Source of the DNA: Eimeria praecox
Taxonomy: Eukaryota
Assembly: GCA_963920595.1 (NCBI GenBank)
Contig: OY986950.1
Coordinates: 3,968,001-4,032,000 of the forward strand
Reading direction: 5' to 3'
Length of the DNA stretch: 64,000 nt
Every line of letters starts with the position of its first letter. The first letter of the stretch is position 1. The translations under genes and the position numbers were made by a program. Shown here piece after piece: positions 15,115 through 28,726 of this stretch. Below the pieces are notes generated by a model. That model saw only the letters and a list, made by a program, of their open reading frames with translations, did no database searches and was not told where the DNA came from.

Positions 15115-15465
15115 TTTAGTCCGGGACTTCGCATAGTAAGTTATGAGGAGGAAGGTCATTAGGGTTCCGACAGAGATGATGACCTTGAGAAGCTGATTTT
15201 GCCTTCGAGCACGGTGCGATAATGCGGCCGCGGCCTGCCTTGCATTTGCATCTTGCTCTGCAGGGGTACTATCCAGTGCCATGGGCATGACAGCATCCGG
15301 CAATGGTGCCCCCGGTAGGGCGGAATCCCAGTATCCCTGCTTCGGGGCGGCTACATCTGGCCGCGCGACGTCCACAAAAGGGGAAGAATGATAATTGGCG
15401 ACAGCAACTGCATCTTCAAAACCGAAGGCAAGCAATGGCAAAAATAGGCCGAGTAACAACTGCAT
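15115..15465 (-). CDS. Hypothetical secreted/membrane protein, probable first exon
   Basis: MQLLLGLFLPLLAFGFEDAVA is signal-peptide-like. A second hydrophobic segment LLKVIISVGTLMTFLLITYYA is followed by KSRTK and a plausible donor AAA|GTACGC at 15114. Downstream exons were not resolved. Confidence 0.5.
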
Positions 15466-18253
15466 TGTTTCTAGTGCAAATTTGCAACGTAGAGTGTCCT
15501 CTGTCAAGCGCTGGACACTCGATAGCGCCCCACCAGGTCAATGGCAGTACTCCAACCGTAGCAATCAATATGCTTCCGAAGGAGTAGATAAAACTTGCTT
15601 TGTGCCCCTTAAAGAAGCTGAGTAAGTCAAATGCGGCGATGGTCCACGATCCCTACGATTCTGGTCAAGCCCCGAAATAGACAGAAACAGCTTACACTCC
15701 TTCCGAATAATGCAGCGAGCCGGCCACGGCACTATGCAAATCGTGCCAATGGAGTATCCTTGAAAATTGTTATTTTTGCTGTAAGCTCTCCAACTTGCTG
15801 GAAGCGGATACCTCAGCGGCTGTCTTCGTCCCGCAGACCTTCGGCTACATGGGACGTTTGGCGCGCCTCCCTTCAGTGCCACCGCACATTTGCAGCAGCT
15901 CGTGGGCGCCACACGCAGGTTTTTGCTGTATTCTAAATATATAGTCAATTGACATAGATAACATCGTTGATCATTCACAACTACGTTTCCACCGTTGTAA
16001 AATCGCATAACGGCTGCACATTGCAGGGCCGCAAGGCATGGCAACGCGGAAAAGATACACCATGTAGATCATTCCTGTGCAGGCTACCAACCGTACACAC
16101 GAACCAATTCAAGTTATTTATGCTTCGTCTCTTGTACCAGGAGCAGCAACAAGCAAAGGAGAAACTGTCATTTGCCCGGTTTGAGTGGGCTTCAGCAACG
16201 GGAGTCCTCGGCAGTAGCTAGGGCAGTCATAAGGCGAGGGAGAGGAGATGTGCTTTAGATAAGAATTCATCCAAAGCATTTCGCCGTTTCTCCTGCCCAA
16301 AGGCGCCCTGGGAACAACAGCACAGAGGCCTGGGCCTAAGAGAGTTCTTCATCGAAGAGGACAGTGATGCACTGCTGTGTAGTTACAATAGTCACAATGT
16401 CAAGCCTCCAGGAGCCCAGGACACACTGGCCTCAGGGCCTTGACCTGGTGGGGAGAGGATGCAGCCTGTGCTTATGCGCCTTGCTTCAACTGCTGCCGCT
16501 AGGCAACTGCGCCTGCAAGCACAACGCCGCTCCGTTTGCTGCATGCGCTCCCAACGCAGAAATTTGCCATCCATAGCCAGCATGCAATCAAACAGAAACA
16601 CACACACTGTGTTCACACGGACCATGCTACAGCGGAAGTATTATATGAGGCATTCCCTCAATTGCCCTGAGGGGCTACCACTTTAGTATTGCTTGAGAAC
16701 ATAATTACAAGCTCTCGCATCCCCAGTAAGGCAGGGAAGAGCTAACTGCATTGCAAGAGTGGCAGCGCCTTGCTCAGGGCAGCGAACACACGCCTACCCT
16801 GAAGCCCTTGCGCCTGGGAACGGCAAGTCATCCTGCCGCTGGGGCAGAGCTTCACAATTCCCAACGCCAGTACCAGTCAGTAGTCGTTGGCTGACATGAA
16901 ATGGCCAGAGAAAACACGGTTTGTACGAAGCGGCTCGGTTGGGTGCTTCTATAGAGGCGTACAAGGAGCCGGGCTCATACAAAATGTGTAGTTCGCTGGT
17001 GAATCGTTGCGTTAATATGCTTTCTGAAGCACAATAAATGACACAAGGATACGTAAGCCAGCGCCGTCTCTACAAAAGTGTACTCGTTAACTACACCATG
17101 GAAGCCCGAACCCTGATTCCCCTGTTAGTCGGAATAGGCTGGCTAGCAAGGCTCTCCAGCCAAAGGAAACACGCTGCAAAAGCTGTTGATTTGCTATGTA
17201 CTTGAGCTTGTTTCCCGGCAGAAGGCTCACTTAGGGTATTTAAGGGTGAAGCGCTTTTGACTAGGCGGTTGCCTCCTGTGGCCGAAGAGGGGAAATCTTC
17301 AGGAGCAAGATTGGAAGGAAAGGCAGACAGGGGAAAGAAGGAAGTATATAGTGTGTTTAGCTGAGGCGCATCAAATGTTTTCTGCTTCCCTTCTCGCCAC
17401 ATGAATTGACGCTTTGCTTGTAGGGAAACCCGATTATGACAAGCCAGCAACTTTCACGCGGTTTGGGTTGCCCTCCCCCCCTAATTGGCTGATGGTGAAG
17501 AGCGTATATTTTGAACCGGTAGAGCTCAATGCGTGGATTTAGAGAAGAGATTGCAACCCCATTCTCAGTCGTATAGCCATTTCCCTAAATCCGGTTGACT
17601 TGCTGCTCAAGATACGAACAAAAGCAATAAATATTTGTAGAGGGTGTCACACTTTCACAGCCCTGAACAGGTAGAATGCCGACAGTATTTGTTGCGATTG
17701 CCTGCTGGTGACAGCGACGTCGGCAGCGCTTCTCCCTTCCACTAGTCTGGCAGCGCTTCTCCCTTCCACTAATCTGAGCTGAGTGACTTTACAGCATATG
17801 AGTAGGTAGTTGTGGAATAAGCAGCTAGTTCGTCAGCTTGGTAAATGCGAACTACGGGTTCTGCACCTCTGAGGGTGAAGACAAATCAATGGCTGCTGCC
17901 CACCTTTTCGAAAGGCTCATCCAGCAGCAGAGGGGCTTGAATTCAAGGCACTACGATAAGAACTGCGACTCTATACAGTTTTGTACAGCGCATTCTGCAC
18001 ATTGTATGTGTAGTCGTTAGTGCGTTCAGCCACACTAAGAAACAAATCCCTATTGCGGCGGGGACCAGAGAAAGCGTGGTCATAGTTCGTGGCTACGGCG
18101 AAACCCTCTAGGGTCGTGGCTACGGGAAACCCTCTAGGGTTGCTCCCCAGCCTGTGCACTCGCACAGGTTGGGGCTTTTCGGCCCTCCTGTAAAGGGCTC
18201 TGGCTATGCTTGGAGCCTGTTGCTCAACTTCGGGTGTATGATGTTCCGTCGCT

Positions 18254-21200
18254 TCAGGAAGTATTGGGAAGGTCAGGGTGCTCGAAGAAGCCTTCGTCTC
18301 CTGAACCGTCTTCCGCACGCCGCTCCTGTTGCTGTTGCTGTTTCTTTGTAGAAACTACTTCGGTGCCACTGCAACTCCAGCACACGCACGAACACGGCTC
18401 CATGCACCCACCCCACGAAGAGGTCTTACAGCAGAAGGCTGAGGCGCGAGTTGCTACTCAACTCACTCGATTGACAGCTTTTCCTGGTCCAGAAGCTTCT
18501 CTGCCTTCGGAGCGTACAGAGAGATTACACGGAAACTGAGATGCTGTGAAGCCACCCGACACCTGCGCACCCTACCACGCATATCGGCGGCCGCCTGGTG
18601 TTCGCACGCCCCAATTCGCCAGCCTGCCGTGCAGGCTGCTGCAGTGATCTTGTGTTAACGCGAAGCGGCGGAAAGCCGCCGACCCGCCTCAGCAGTTCGC
18701 TCGTCAACACTAAACCCTAAACTGGAAAGCGCCTGGGAGGTGAACCTTAAACCTACACCCTAAACCCAAACCCTAAGCCCTAAACCCTAAACCATCAAAC
18801 CCCAAACTGTCATGAGCAAGGCGAGACCTACTTCGGACATCCATCAGGAAGCTGATTGTTGAGGGTTGGAATGGGCTTGTGTCCGCAACCGCTACACTGC
18901 ACAAAACGCTTAGTAGCCTTCCGTGGCTGCTGCTGGTGGTTGCGAGCGACGCAGACAGTATTCAGCCGGTCGGTATACCTCTGGCACTGAGCCACACCGT
19001 CACAAGCCCCAAGCCCTAAACCCTAAACCTTAAACTCAACCCCACTGCAAGTACAAAGCCCGAGGGGAACAACTGGCTGGAGGAACGCTACCTGCAGGCA
19101 GAAGAAAGCGGTAACAGTTGTCTCCTTGATGGACTGCTTGAATTCATGTTTAATGTCAGAGGCCTCCAGGGAACGAAGTCGCTCCAGATGGCGTTGGCCG
19201 TCTTCCTGGAAACACCGCACAAACCCTAAACCCTAAACCCTTAACAATCTTCTCATGCATAGCACATAGGATCGCTTCATCATATGCATCTCCCTCTAAG
19301 CCATATGCATTCACTAGCTTGTAGAGAGCTGCAAGCAGCACCTGCAACAGCGGCAGGAACTGCAAGCTATGCCACAGAAGCACACACAACACCCGCAGTA
19401 ACAGCAGCAGCATCAGCAGCAGAAAAGACTTGCTTCGTCGACAATATCTGCTACTGAGGATTTGAGCTGGAGCATTTTCTCCAGGATCTCTCTTTTCTCT
19501 GCTTCGCTTGCTGCAGGCTTGGCAGCAGCAGCAGCACCAGGGGTCGTTGGTGTAGCTGCCCGCTGCATCTTTGCTGCTCTTTCACTCTGCTGCTGTTCCC
19601 GGGCGAGCCGCTTCTGCTGCTTCTCCGCTGATACTTTCAGGGCCTCTCCAGCCTTTTGTGTTTGCTTCAGAGCACTTAGAGTTGAAGCGACAAGCTTTGG
19701 CTTCTTCAGATCTCGCAGTGCCCGTCGCACATCTGCTGCGGAGTCCAGAGGAGGGGTGTGCGGCTGCTGCCGCTGCTCAGTGGCAGCTCCTGCTGCTGCG
19801 GCTGCTGCAACAGCAGCTGGTGCTGCTGGCTCTGTTTTATCAGCGGCAATGCTGCTGCCGCGCAGCTTTGGCGCCGCCGCTGCTGCACTGGCTACGGGCT
19901 GTCCCGCCACTGCGGGAGCACGTTGTTGTTGCTGCGGCTGTTTCTGGACACTCCGCGTTGCAACAGTAGCGACATGGTGGAGATAGCGGTAGTTCTTGAA
20001 GGCGAGCAGCGCTATCTCCTACAGACAAGGCAGCAGCAGCAGCAGCAGCCGAATCGGTAGCGGCAGAATGCGGAAATTCCACATCGTAGGCATGTCTGAT
20101 CACCAAAGTGCCGCAGCTGCAGCAGCAGCTGCGGCACCAGCTGCAGCAGCAGCTGCGGCACCAGCTGCAGCAGCAGGAAAGAATCCTCACGGCGTTGGGG
20201 TGTAGGAACAGCTGGGTGTGGAGATCCTTGGCCTGCTGTGCCGCGTGCGGAGCGGAGTCAAAACGCATGCGCTTGGCTAGAGAGAGCTGAATCGCCAGAG
20301 CCATGTCTCTGTTGGCCCCCTGCAGAGACACCCGGGGCAGCAACCTGTCAACGCTCTCGGTGCGCAGACTAGCAACAGCAGCAGCAGCAGCGCACACGAC
20401 AGCAGCAGCACCACCACCAGCACAAGCATCCGTACAAGCAGCAGCAACAGCGGCAGCAGCACTCAGGTGTACGGACAGCCGGAAGCTCCACAATTTCCCG
20501 CAGCTTTCGAACAAATGCCTCCGCCGCCTGCCGGTCCCTATCCGCCACGCTGCTGCTGCAGGTGGTGGGGGTGCCGTTGCTGTTTGAGGTTTGGCTGCAG
20601 CTGTTGTTGCTGGCCCTGCTGCTGCTGGTGGTGCTGGTGGTGCTGCTGGTGTTGCTGCTGGTGCTGCTGCTGGTGGTGCTGCTGGTGCTGCTGCTGGTGA
20701 TGCTACTGGTGCTGCTGTTGTTGTTGCTGCTGCTGCTGTTGCTGCTGCTGTTGCTGTTGCTGCTGCTACTGTTGCTCTTCGCACTGCTGGTTGCAGGGTT
20801 CGCAGCGGTGGCCTTGCTGCTGTTTGTTGGGTTGTCGTCTTTGTTAACAGGCGGTGAAGATCTGTTGGAGGTTTGCTGCAGCAGTATGCTTCGCTCAAGC
20901 AACTCTGCAGCAGCAGCAGCAGCAGCAGAAAGGAGCAGCACCAGTTGACTGTGCGACAGCAGTCGTACTCGGCAGTATGGCAACAAAGGCTATCAGGAGT
21001 AGCAGGGAGCAGCACATACTGCTCATGGCTTGCTGCTTCGCGCGCTGATCTTGCATGGGTATATTCTCCTTTTGCTGCTGCTGCTGCTGCTGCTGCCGGT
21101 AGGTGGCTGCTTGTAATGTAGCGGTTGCAGATTCAGCAGCAGCACCAGCAGCCGAGGAAGGAGCCAGCGCATTCAAGATTGCTGCGCGTCTGTCTTTGTC

Positions 21201-23228
21201 TGAACTGCCTAGCAGCTCGTTGATGGAGTCTGCAACGGCTGCTGCATTTGCATTCTTTGGTTTCGGCTGGTCCTTCACATTCACGTGAAAGCGACAGTAT
21301 TCCCCCATGCTCGGCCTGCAGCAGCAACAGCAGCAGCAGGAAAGGTTGCAGCAGCGAGAGCAGCAGCAGGAAAGGTTGCAGCAGCGAGAGCAGCAGCAGG
21401 AAAGGTTGCAGCAGCGACAGCGGCAGCGGCAGCAGCACGAATGCCCTCACAGATGAACCATTTGGCGACACTGCGTCTGTCTTCGAGTCATCGCGCTGCA
21501 GCGCGCGATTCCTTTGACAGTCCCGATCTGCAGCATCCAAGCACCCAAACCCTAAACCCTAAACCCTAAACCCTCAACCAACCGTCGAGAAACCTAACTA
21601 ATCCCTCAAGATATTTGCACTCCTCAGAACACCGTGCAAAACCCGAGCCACCACTGGATAAGAAAAGGGGCCCCTCCCACGCGTGGCCCTAGCGAGGGTT
21701 TAGGGTTTAGGGTTAGGGTTTAGGGTTTGGACTTGTAGGATTTGATCGTCATCCTCGACCGTCGCCGCCCGAGAATCCGCGCCGTCGGCCTTGGGGAGAA
21801 GCGAAGGGTTTAGCACTGCTATGAGGTCACCTCTTTTGATTCCTTTCTTTCTGTGCAACCCCCAAACACATCCTCTCCCCTAAACTATAAACTATATATA
21901 TAATATAAACTATATAACTATATATTATTTATAACAGAGTGAGATGCACAAGCTCCTTGCATTGCTTGACTACCCTAAACCCTTAACCCTAAACCCAAGC
22001 CTCTTCAATACAAACCCCAAACCCCCACATACAAACCCCAAACCCCCACATACAAACCCCAAACCCTGCCTGCACGCTTCAAGCCTAAACCCCCTAAACC
22101 CTTACCTCAGGTTGCTCCACATCGCTTCCCCTCGAAAGGTCAAAAGCAGATTCGTTTCTCTGTACAGACGGCAGCACCAATATAATACAAACCCTAAACC
22201 CTAAACCCTAAACCCTTACAGCAAGCCCCTCTATTCGAGACCAGCGGCAGCAACAGCAACAAAGCTTCAACAGCAGCAGCAGCAGCAACCAAAGAAACTG
22301 ACTTGGTGTCCCACAGGACCCACCACCACTTCATTTCGCCTGCAGATGCTCCCACACGTACACATGGAGTCTATCATTTAACCTAACTTAAACGCCGAAC
22401 CCTAAACCCCAAACCCTAAACCCTAGCCCTGGCAAACGATCGATTAGCAAAACGAAATTGCAGTGATAAATGTATTTGAGGGTTTACTGGCGACTCCGCG
22501 TGGGTCCGAGAGAGAAGAAACAACTCCTACAATTGCTGCATGCGCTGCTGCTCCCTTTGTTGCATCAAAAGCCGCTTGGGTCGCCTGGTGTACGTACACC
22601 CCGAACACTGAACAAGAAAAGCTGAGTCTTCAGCTTTCTCCTCTACAGGGCAACTTGAGCTCCCAGATTAGGGTTTATCTGAGAGTTTGGCTCTAGGGTT
22701 TAGGGTTTAAACTCCTACACTGCTAGGGTTTGAACCTACGCAGCTGCAGGCCTTCTGCAACGTCACGATCTTCAGCTCGGGCTGTTGTAGACGGGCTGCA
22801 GCATCTTCATAGGGTATTGCCCACTTCCTGTACTCGCAAACCCTCATCCCTAGACCCTAAACCCTAAACCCTAAATCTCAAACCCTAAACCCTAGACTAT
22901 AAGCCTATCTGCTTTACATCTAAGCACTTCCTGTCTGCACGTGGGCGATGGGGTCGGCCTCAGGCAACCTGGCGGCGTAGGCTAACAGACTACGATTAGG
23001 GTTTAGGGTTTAAGGGTGGGTGCTGACTCCATCTCGAGGCTCTTGCCGTCTAAGACGACGCAGTTGCTCATGACTTTGAGGACGGAGGCTGCAGAGGCCG
23101 CAGAAGCCAATGAAGAGAACACAGCCAAACCCTAAACCCTAAACCCAAAACCCTTGTTTCCCCCTGATATCCTCCCCACTGTAAGGAGTGTATCAGGACT
23201 GAGGAGGGTTTATGAGCTCACGTGCCAT
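18254..23228 (-). CDS. MCM10: Minichromosome maintenance protein 10 (multi-exon)
   Basis: Spliced exons give the OB-fold segment GDLIAVLNP...VEDDDQILQ|IG and the internal CCCH Zn finger ARCSAMTRRQTQCRQMVHL|PSMGEYCRFHV. The C-terminal Zn domain reads FFCLQ|CQRYTDRLNTVCVARNHQ..KRFVQCSGCG..GCPK|CRV..EKLSID|GTE. Start is ATG GCA C|gtgag at 23228; stop TGA at 18254-18256. Confidence 0.88.
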
Positions 23229-24285
23229 CTTGACGAAGATAATGAGCAGAAACCACAAACCCTCTATCAGACACACTTGCAGCCAGCCCAAGGCCAGCAA
23301 CGCCGGCTAGGGTCTCTGGGAGAGTCCTTCAACACATTTGGCAGTTGTCTACTGCCCGTAGGGCAAGGAAGATCGGAAGAATCCGGGATAATAAGGGAAA
23401 GCCAGGAAACACAGGGGTGGTGGTGTGGTGGGGTTGTGCCTACAACAAGATCAACTACGCTTCTATGCGATCGATCTCATGAAAAAAGCCAAGAAAACAG
23501 ACAAAAAAGCCCCAAATATCAAAGGGATCTTCTGATTTAGAGGTGTATGTACACTTCAATTGATCAAGAGCGGCAGTTAACCGCCAAAGGTGGTGACAGG
23601 GCTTGGGGGGGCCCCCATCGAAACTCGCACTTTCCGAGCAGTTTTGAGGCATTCAACTTGGAGAAATGCAATACAAAGTAGAAATTAAACTCAAATTGGC
23701 TCTTGTTTTATATCTGTGGCGAATACAAGGGATGTGACTGAGGGGTTTGTCCTTGCCTGGGCCCGGTGTGTTCAAACACCTGAGTTGCAGCCTTGTAAAT
23801 CAAAGAAAGGATGCTCGAGCCCGCTTGAATACGTTTTTATTCCACTTTAATTATTCTATTCCCCCCTTTCCTCGTGTTTACCTCCATTGACGAGGGCGAT
23901 CGAGCGGCTCAGCGGCCCCCTGGGGCTGTCGGCTCCCCCCTTGTATTTTCTCTAGCTGTCTGAGGCGTTGCTGCACAGGCAGATGAACAACAGCCTTGAA
24001 GCTGTCTCAGGTGTATGTACGTAGTGGTCTAGGGTTTGGGGTTTAGCTGTTGTGGCAGCTAAGCGTCAACCCTTAACCCTCTACTCTTCTATACACTGGA
24101 CGACCAAAGGTCTAGGGTTTAGGGTTTAGGGTTTAGGGAGGACGGGATCAAATTTTGGGGTTTATTATCTTTCAGAAGGTTACAGGAAGTGTCTGCATGC
24201 ATCTGACTATTCACCTATTTCTTTTAGATGGCGATTTCTTACTGAGTCTTCAAACCCTCAACCATAAACCCTAAACCCTCTCAGG
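23229..24285. promoter_or_regulatory. Divergent (head-to-head) intergenic region between MCM10 and NDC80
   Basis: Start codons lie ~1.06 kb apart on opposite strands. Contains GGTGTATGTAC motifs (~23542, ~24010) and TGCATGCA (~24195). Confidence 0.55.
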
Positions 24286-27200
24286 ATGGAGCCCTTGATA
24301 GGCGGCCCAGCTTCGCCCTTTCGCTTGGGCAACACACGTGAGCTTTCTCTCCTTAGTCTGCTGTTATAGGGGATGCAGCGTTACCAGTTCTTTAGGGTAG
24401 GGTTTTAAGCTCTAGGGTTTAGGGTTTAGGGTTTGGCTGGCGTGTCTTGCAGCTGCTCCTTCAGCGCACCCTATGGACTCTCAGCAGGCACGAGAGCTGA
24501 GCGATTTTTCCTTTTACAAGGCTGTAAACACGGGTGAGTACGCCTTTCAACGACCCAGGGTTTAGGGTTTAGGGTTTAGGGTTTAGGGTTTAAGGTTTAG
24601 GGTTTGTGATGGCTTGCAGCGGACAAGACCCTGCATAGCACATACAGAAGAGGCAAACGAAGCGCTGAAGCGACAAAGCTAAAGTCTCTGCAGTCTCAGG
24701 ATAGCTTCAAACGCGATGCTCTTAGAACCATCACCAGGCAAACCCTAAACCCCAAACCCTAAACCCTAAACCCTGGTTTGATCCCTATGCATCTTAAAAA
24801 CATGAAAGCCCTTCAGTTTTGTCTAACTATTGTTCAGGATTCAGGGTTTGTAGTTAGTGTAGTCCTGCCAACAGGGTTGTGCTTTCAGATGCTGACGGTG
24901 CCATGGCTTGGGGTTTAGGGTTTAGGGTTAAGGGTTTAGGGTTTAGGGTTTGTCTTCAGGTTTCTGTCTTTTTCTGAATTCCCTGGGCCTCTATCAGCCA
25001 AGGCGCTGAGTAGCCCTCAGCGTTCTCTGCTAATAGACATTTGGGGTCATCTGTTCAGGTCCGTAAACCCTAAACCCTAAACCCTAAACCCTAGAGATGG
25101 TGGTTTCTTAAGCCGCATTAGCCAGAACCTCCTGTCTGAGGAGCTTCTCTTTAAACAGCTTTGAGTGTTAGGGTTTAGGGTTTAGGGTTTGTGGTGAGCA
25201 CGAGGGAGACAAATAGAGCAAACCCAGCATCAAGAAAAAGACAGGAGACAGTTGTTTATCTTATCTGTCTTTTTCTCCTTAGACGTTGCTTTGATGACTC
25301 TGTCAAAATAACAGCAGAAAATGTTAACGATGAAGTCCCTAGACTCTTCAAGGAAATCGGGTAAAGAAGAAGCTCTAGGGTTTAGGGTTTAGGGTTTAGG
25401 GTTTAGGGTTTAGCATGCTGATATGGTTGAGAAGGGCTTCTTCCTGTCTCATCGTCTGTCTCGCTGTCTCCTTTCGCCTCTGTTAGACTTGATGCTTGTT
25501 TGTCTGTCTTTGCGATTGTATATATTTCTTTGTATTTGTTTGTTTTTAGTTTCGTTTGTTCTTATATTTTTTTATTGTGTGCCTTAGACTATGATCTTCT
25601 GTCTGCACTTCTTCTATTTAGGTTTTCCTCTCTTGTTTTCTGTCTGTCTCCTTCGGGTTGCTTTTGTATGCTGTATATTTCTCTCCTCTTCTTCTGTTTA
25701 GTCTCTGTCTCTGTCTCTGTCTTCATCTCACGCAACGTTTGGCTATTCTATTTTTTGTCTGTCTTTCATCGGCTGCCAGCCTGTTTCTCCCTGTGTCTCC
25801 TTTGCTGCTTCTACCACAGCTGCTGCTGCTGCTTCTAGAACTGCTGCTACTTCTGCTTCTGCTGCTGCTTCTGCTGCTGCTGTTGTTGCTGTTGCTGTTG
25901 CATTTGTATCCTATCTCTCTTTCTCTGTCTCTGGAGTGTCTCCTCAGCTATCCGTTCCCTATCAGTAAGAGCGCGATGCTGGCGCCCGGCACAGGCCATC
26001 AATGGCCTCATCATTTGGCTGCTTTGAGCTGGCTATGCGAGTTGCTGATATACGAAAACGAATTCTTTTATCAAGAAGAAGAGGCAGCAGAAATGCAGGT
26101 CCTCTATACACACAATCCCCCTCAAACAAAGGCCTTTAGGGTTTAGGGTGTAGGGTTTAGGGGCTAGGGTTTAGGGTTTAGGGTTTAGGGTTTGTGTGCA
26201 GGCTGCGCGAGGGGATCTCGTAGGCCGGATGTTCGCGGCTGCTTATCCGCAGCTCGGGAAGGACCCTCAAGCCCTAAGGGCTGCTGTATGTACGTCATAC
26301 AACAGCTTCTGCATGCATTGTTTTGCTGTTGCTTTTGTTTCCTCTTGCTGCTGTCGTTGTTTCTTGTTTCTTTAACGCTGATAGAAAGTCTTTTAAAGGA
26401 CAGAGTTTAGTTGAGACTGTGCGCTGCTGCGGTGTTGCTGCGGTGTATCTGCAATGACAGCCTTGTGTCAGCTGTACAGACACCTGAATATCTTACAACC
26501 GTACTCACTAGCGAGCAATCCACATAATGCACATGCTTGCTGTTGCTGCCTGCTGTTGCTGCTGCTGTTGCTGTTGCTGCTGCTGCTGCTGCTGTTTTCG
26601 GGGCTCTTGGTGCTGCAGTGGGCCAGTTGCATGCGATGAACAGGGAAGCCGAGGCAACTCAGCAGCAACTGCAGCAACAGCTGCAGCAGCGGCAGCAGCA
26701 GCTCGCTGCAGTAGAAGCAGAGCTCCGCGACAACGCCTCGCTTATGGTACAGATGCACATTTGCTGAAGCAGAAGCAGCAGCAGAAGCAACAGAAGCAGC
26801 AGCAACTGCAACAACAACAACAGCAGCAGCAGCACTAGCAACACCCACGGTATCAGGAGGAACAGCAACAGCAGCAGCAAGCGAAACAACAGCAACAGCA
26901 ACAGCAACGGCGGCAGCAGCAGCAGCAGGGTGTTTGCGAGTATTGTTGCGCCTGCAGGATTCTATAGAGCAGCTAAAGAAGGAGATAAGCACCCTCCGCT
27001 GCCGCATTGCAGACACTCGGGCAGAGATCTCTCACCAGGTGTTGCCTAAACCCTAAACCCTAAACCCTAAATAAGGCTAGAATAACGTGAAGACTGCGAC
27101 AGACTCAAGGCTGCGTGTCTGTGTATGCTCATGGAGTTTAGGGTTCAGGGTTTGCAGTTGTGTACAGATCACAGAGCTTACAAGGGTTTAGGGTTTGGGG

Positions 27201-27885
27201 TTTAGGGTTTAAGGCCTGGGTTTGTTCGCGCTAGAGGCGCTGCTGTTTGTTTCTTCTAGCTGCTGCTGCTGTTTGCCGCTTGCTGCTGCAGGAGAGCCTT
27301 GCTGCAGCAACAGAAGCAGAGAGAGACTCGCTGCTGCTGCAGCAGAAGACAGCAATGGAAGAAGTGCAAAAGTTAGCGGAGCGTGTAAAGGCCCAAGGGG
27401 TAAGGCTCTTCAGCTGTACGTACACCGCAGCATCCACCGAAAGCGATATAGCAGGCAACTAGATTGCACGCCTGTAGCTTGAATAAAGGGGTTGGCGCTC
27501 ACAGGATTTAGGGTTTAGGGTTTAGGGTTTAGGGTTTGGGTGTCTTACAGATCGACAAGGCGGAGGTGGAACGAATTCGCCATGACGTCTCTCGTCTCCG
27601 CGAAGGGCTTTCTCATCGTTCAAAAGTAAAATTATTTTGTTTGTTTGTTTTGTTTATTTCTTTAGCTTTGTTTAATTCTTCCACCAACACCATTTCTACA
27701 ATAAATTATTTTGTTTGTTTGTTTTGTTTATTTCTTTAGTTTTGTTTAATTCTTCCATCAACACCATTTCTATAATTATTTTGTTATTGTATGATGATTT
27801 ACTACGACAGACTTTTCTTGTTTTCTTATCGTCATAATATTATTATGATAGTTATTTTCACAATTTATTATTTATTTTAGTGTGC

Positions 27886-27920
<35 letters not shown>

Positions 27921-28690
27921 CTGCTGTTGTTTTGTTGTTGTTATTATTGTTGTTGTTGTCGTTCCTACTACTACTATCCTTATCATCAAGATGATGGTTA
28001 GGGCTACTGCTGTTCTGATGCTTCATTGTTCTTATTATTGTTGCTTTATTTTCTTGTGTATTTTATTTCTTTCCTTTTACAGTATTTGCTTGTCTTCTCT
28101 TTTTATTGCATTTCTCGCTGATTGTTTGCATGCATGCATACAGGGGGGCTTCATAGCCCCAAGCAGCTTTCTTCTTTTTTGTAAAGTGCAATAGAGATAG
28201 TTGATGTGGTGTACATGCACAAGACGTTGGGGTGTACAGGCACCTGTTTTTTTTATTGGGGGGAGGGGGGGGGGGGGGAGGAAGTTCTTTGCGCTAGCTG
28301 TCTTCTTCTTATTGCGAACGTGTGTCTTCCTTAAATGCCATTTCTTGTATGAGGCCCCCAGAAACTTGTTCTAATGCTGCTGTTTCCTAGTGCTGTTGCT
28401 GCTGCTGCTGCGGTTGTTGCTGTTGCTGCTGCGGTTGTTGCTGTTGCTGCTGCTGTTGCTGCTGCGAATTTCCTTCAGGAGATAGAATCTCTGAGTGAGG
28501 GGCTGCAGGCATTAATCGACAAGGTAAGAATGGCTTGTGCTGCTTATCCTGTAGACACTGCTAGCTGTCATCTGCTGTTGCTGCTGCTGCTGTCGGTGCT
28601 GCTGCTGCTGCAGGTTGCTGACGACTCGGAGAAGCTGCGGATCGCTGGCCAATCAGTACGTATTTACTGATGCGGTTGCTGCTGTAGTTG

Positions 28691-28726
<36 letters not shown>

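Larger units (their letters stand above)
1..18250. other. Repeat-poor, gene-poor segment (Eimeria P-segment-like)
   Basis: No CAG, telomeric or (AT)n tracts before ~18.7 kb. Only short ORFs with no recognisable domain. Abrupt switch to repeat-rich, gene-dense sequence afterwards, matching the known P/R segmentation of Eimeria chromosomes. Confidence 0.7.

Noticed and set aside
17722..18140. Short direct repeats (27 bp at ~17722; ~27 bp at ~18088) and a ~77-bp tandem pair at ~27628-27780
   Set aside because: Ordinary two-copy slippage duplications with no further structure.
21733..21850. Apparent frameshift in an MCM10 exon
   Set aside because: Careful re-reading gives a continuous frame (LNPSLLPKADGADSRAATVEDDDQILQ).
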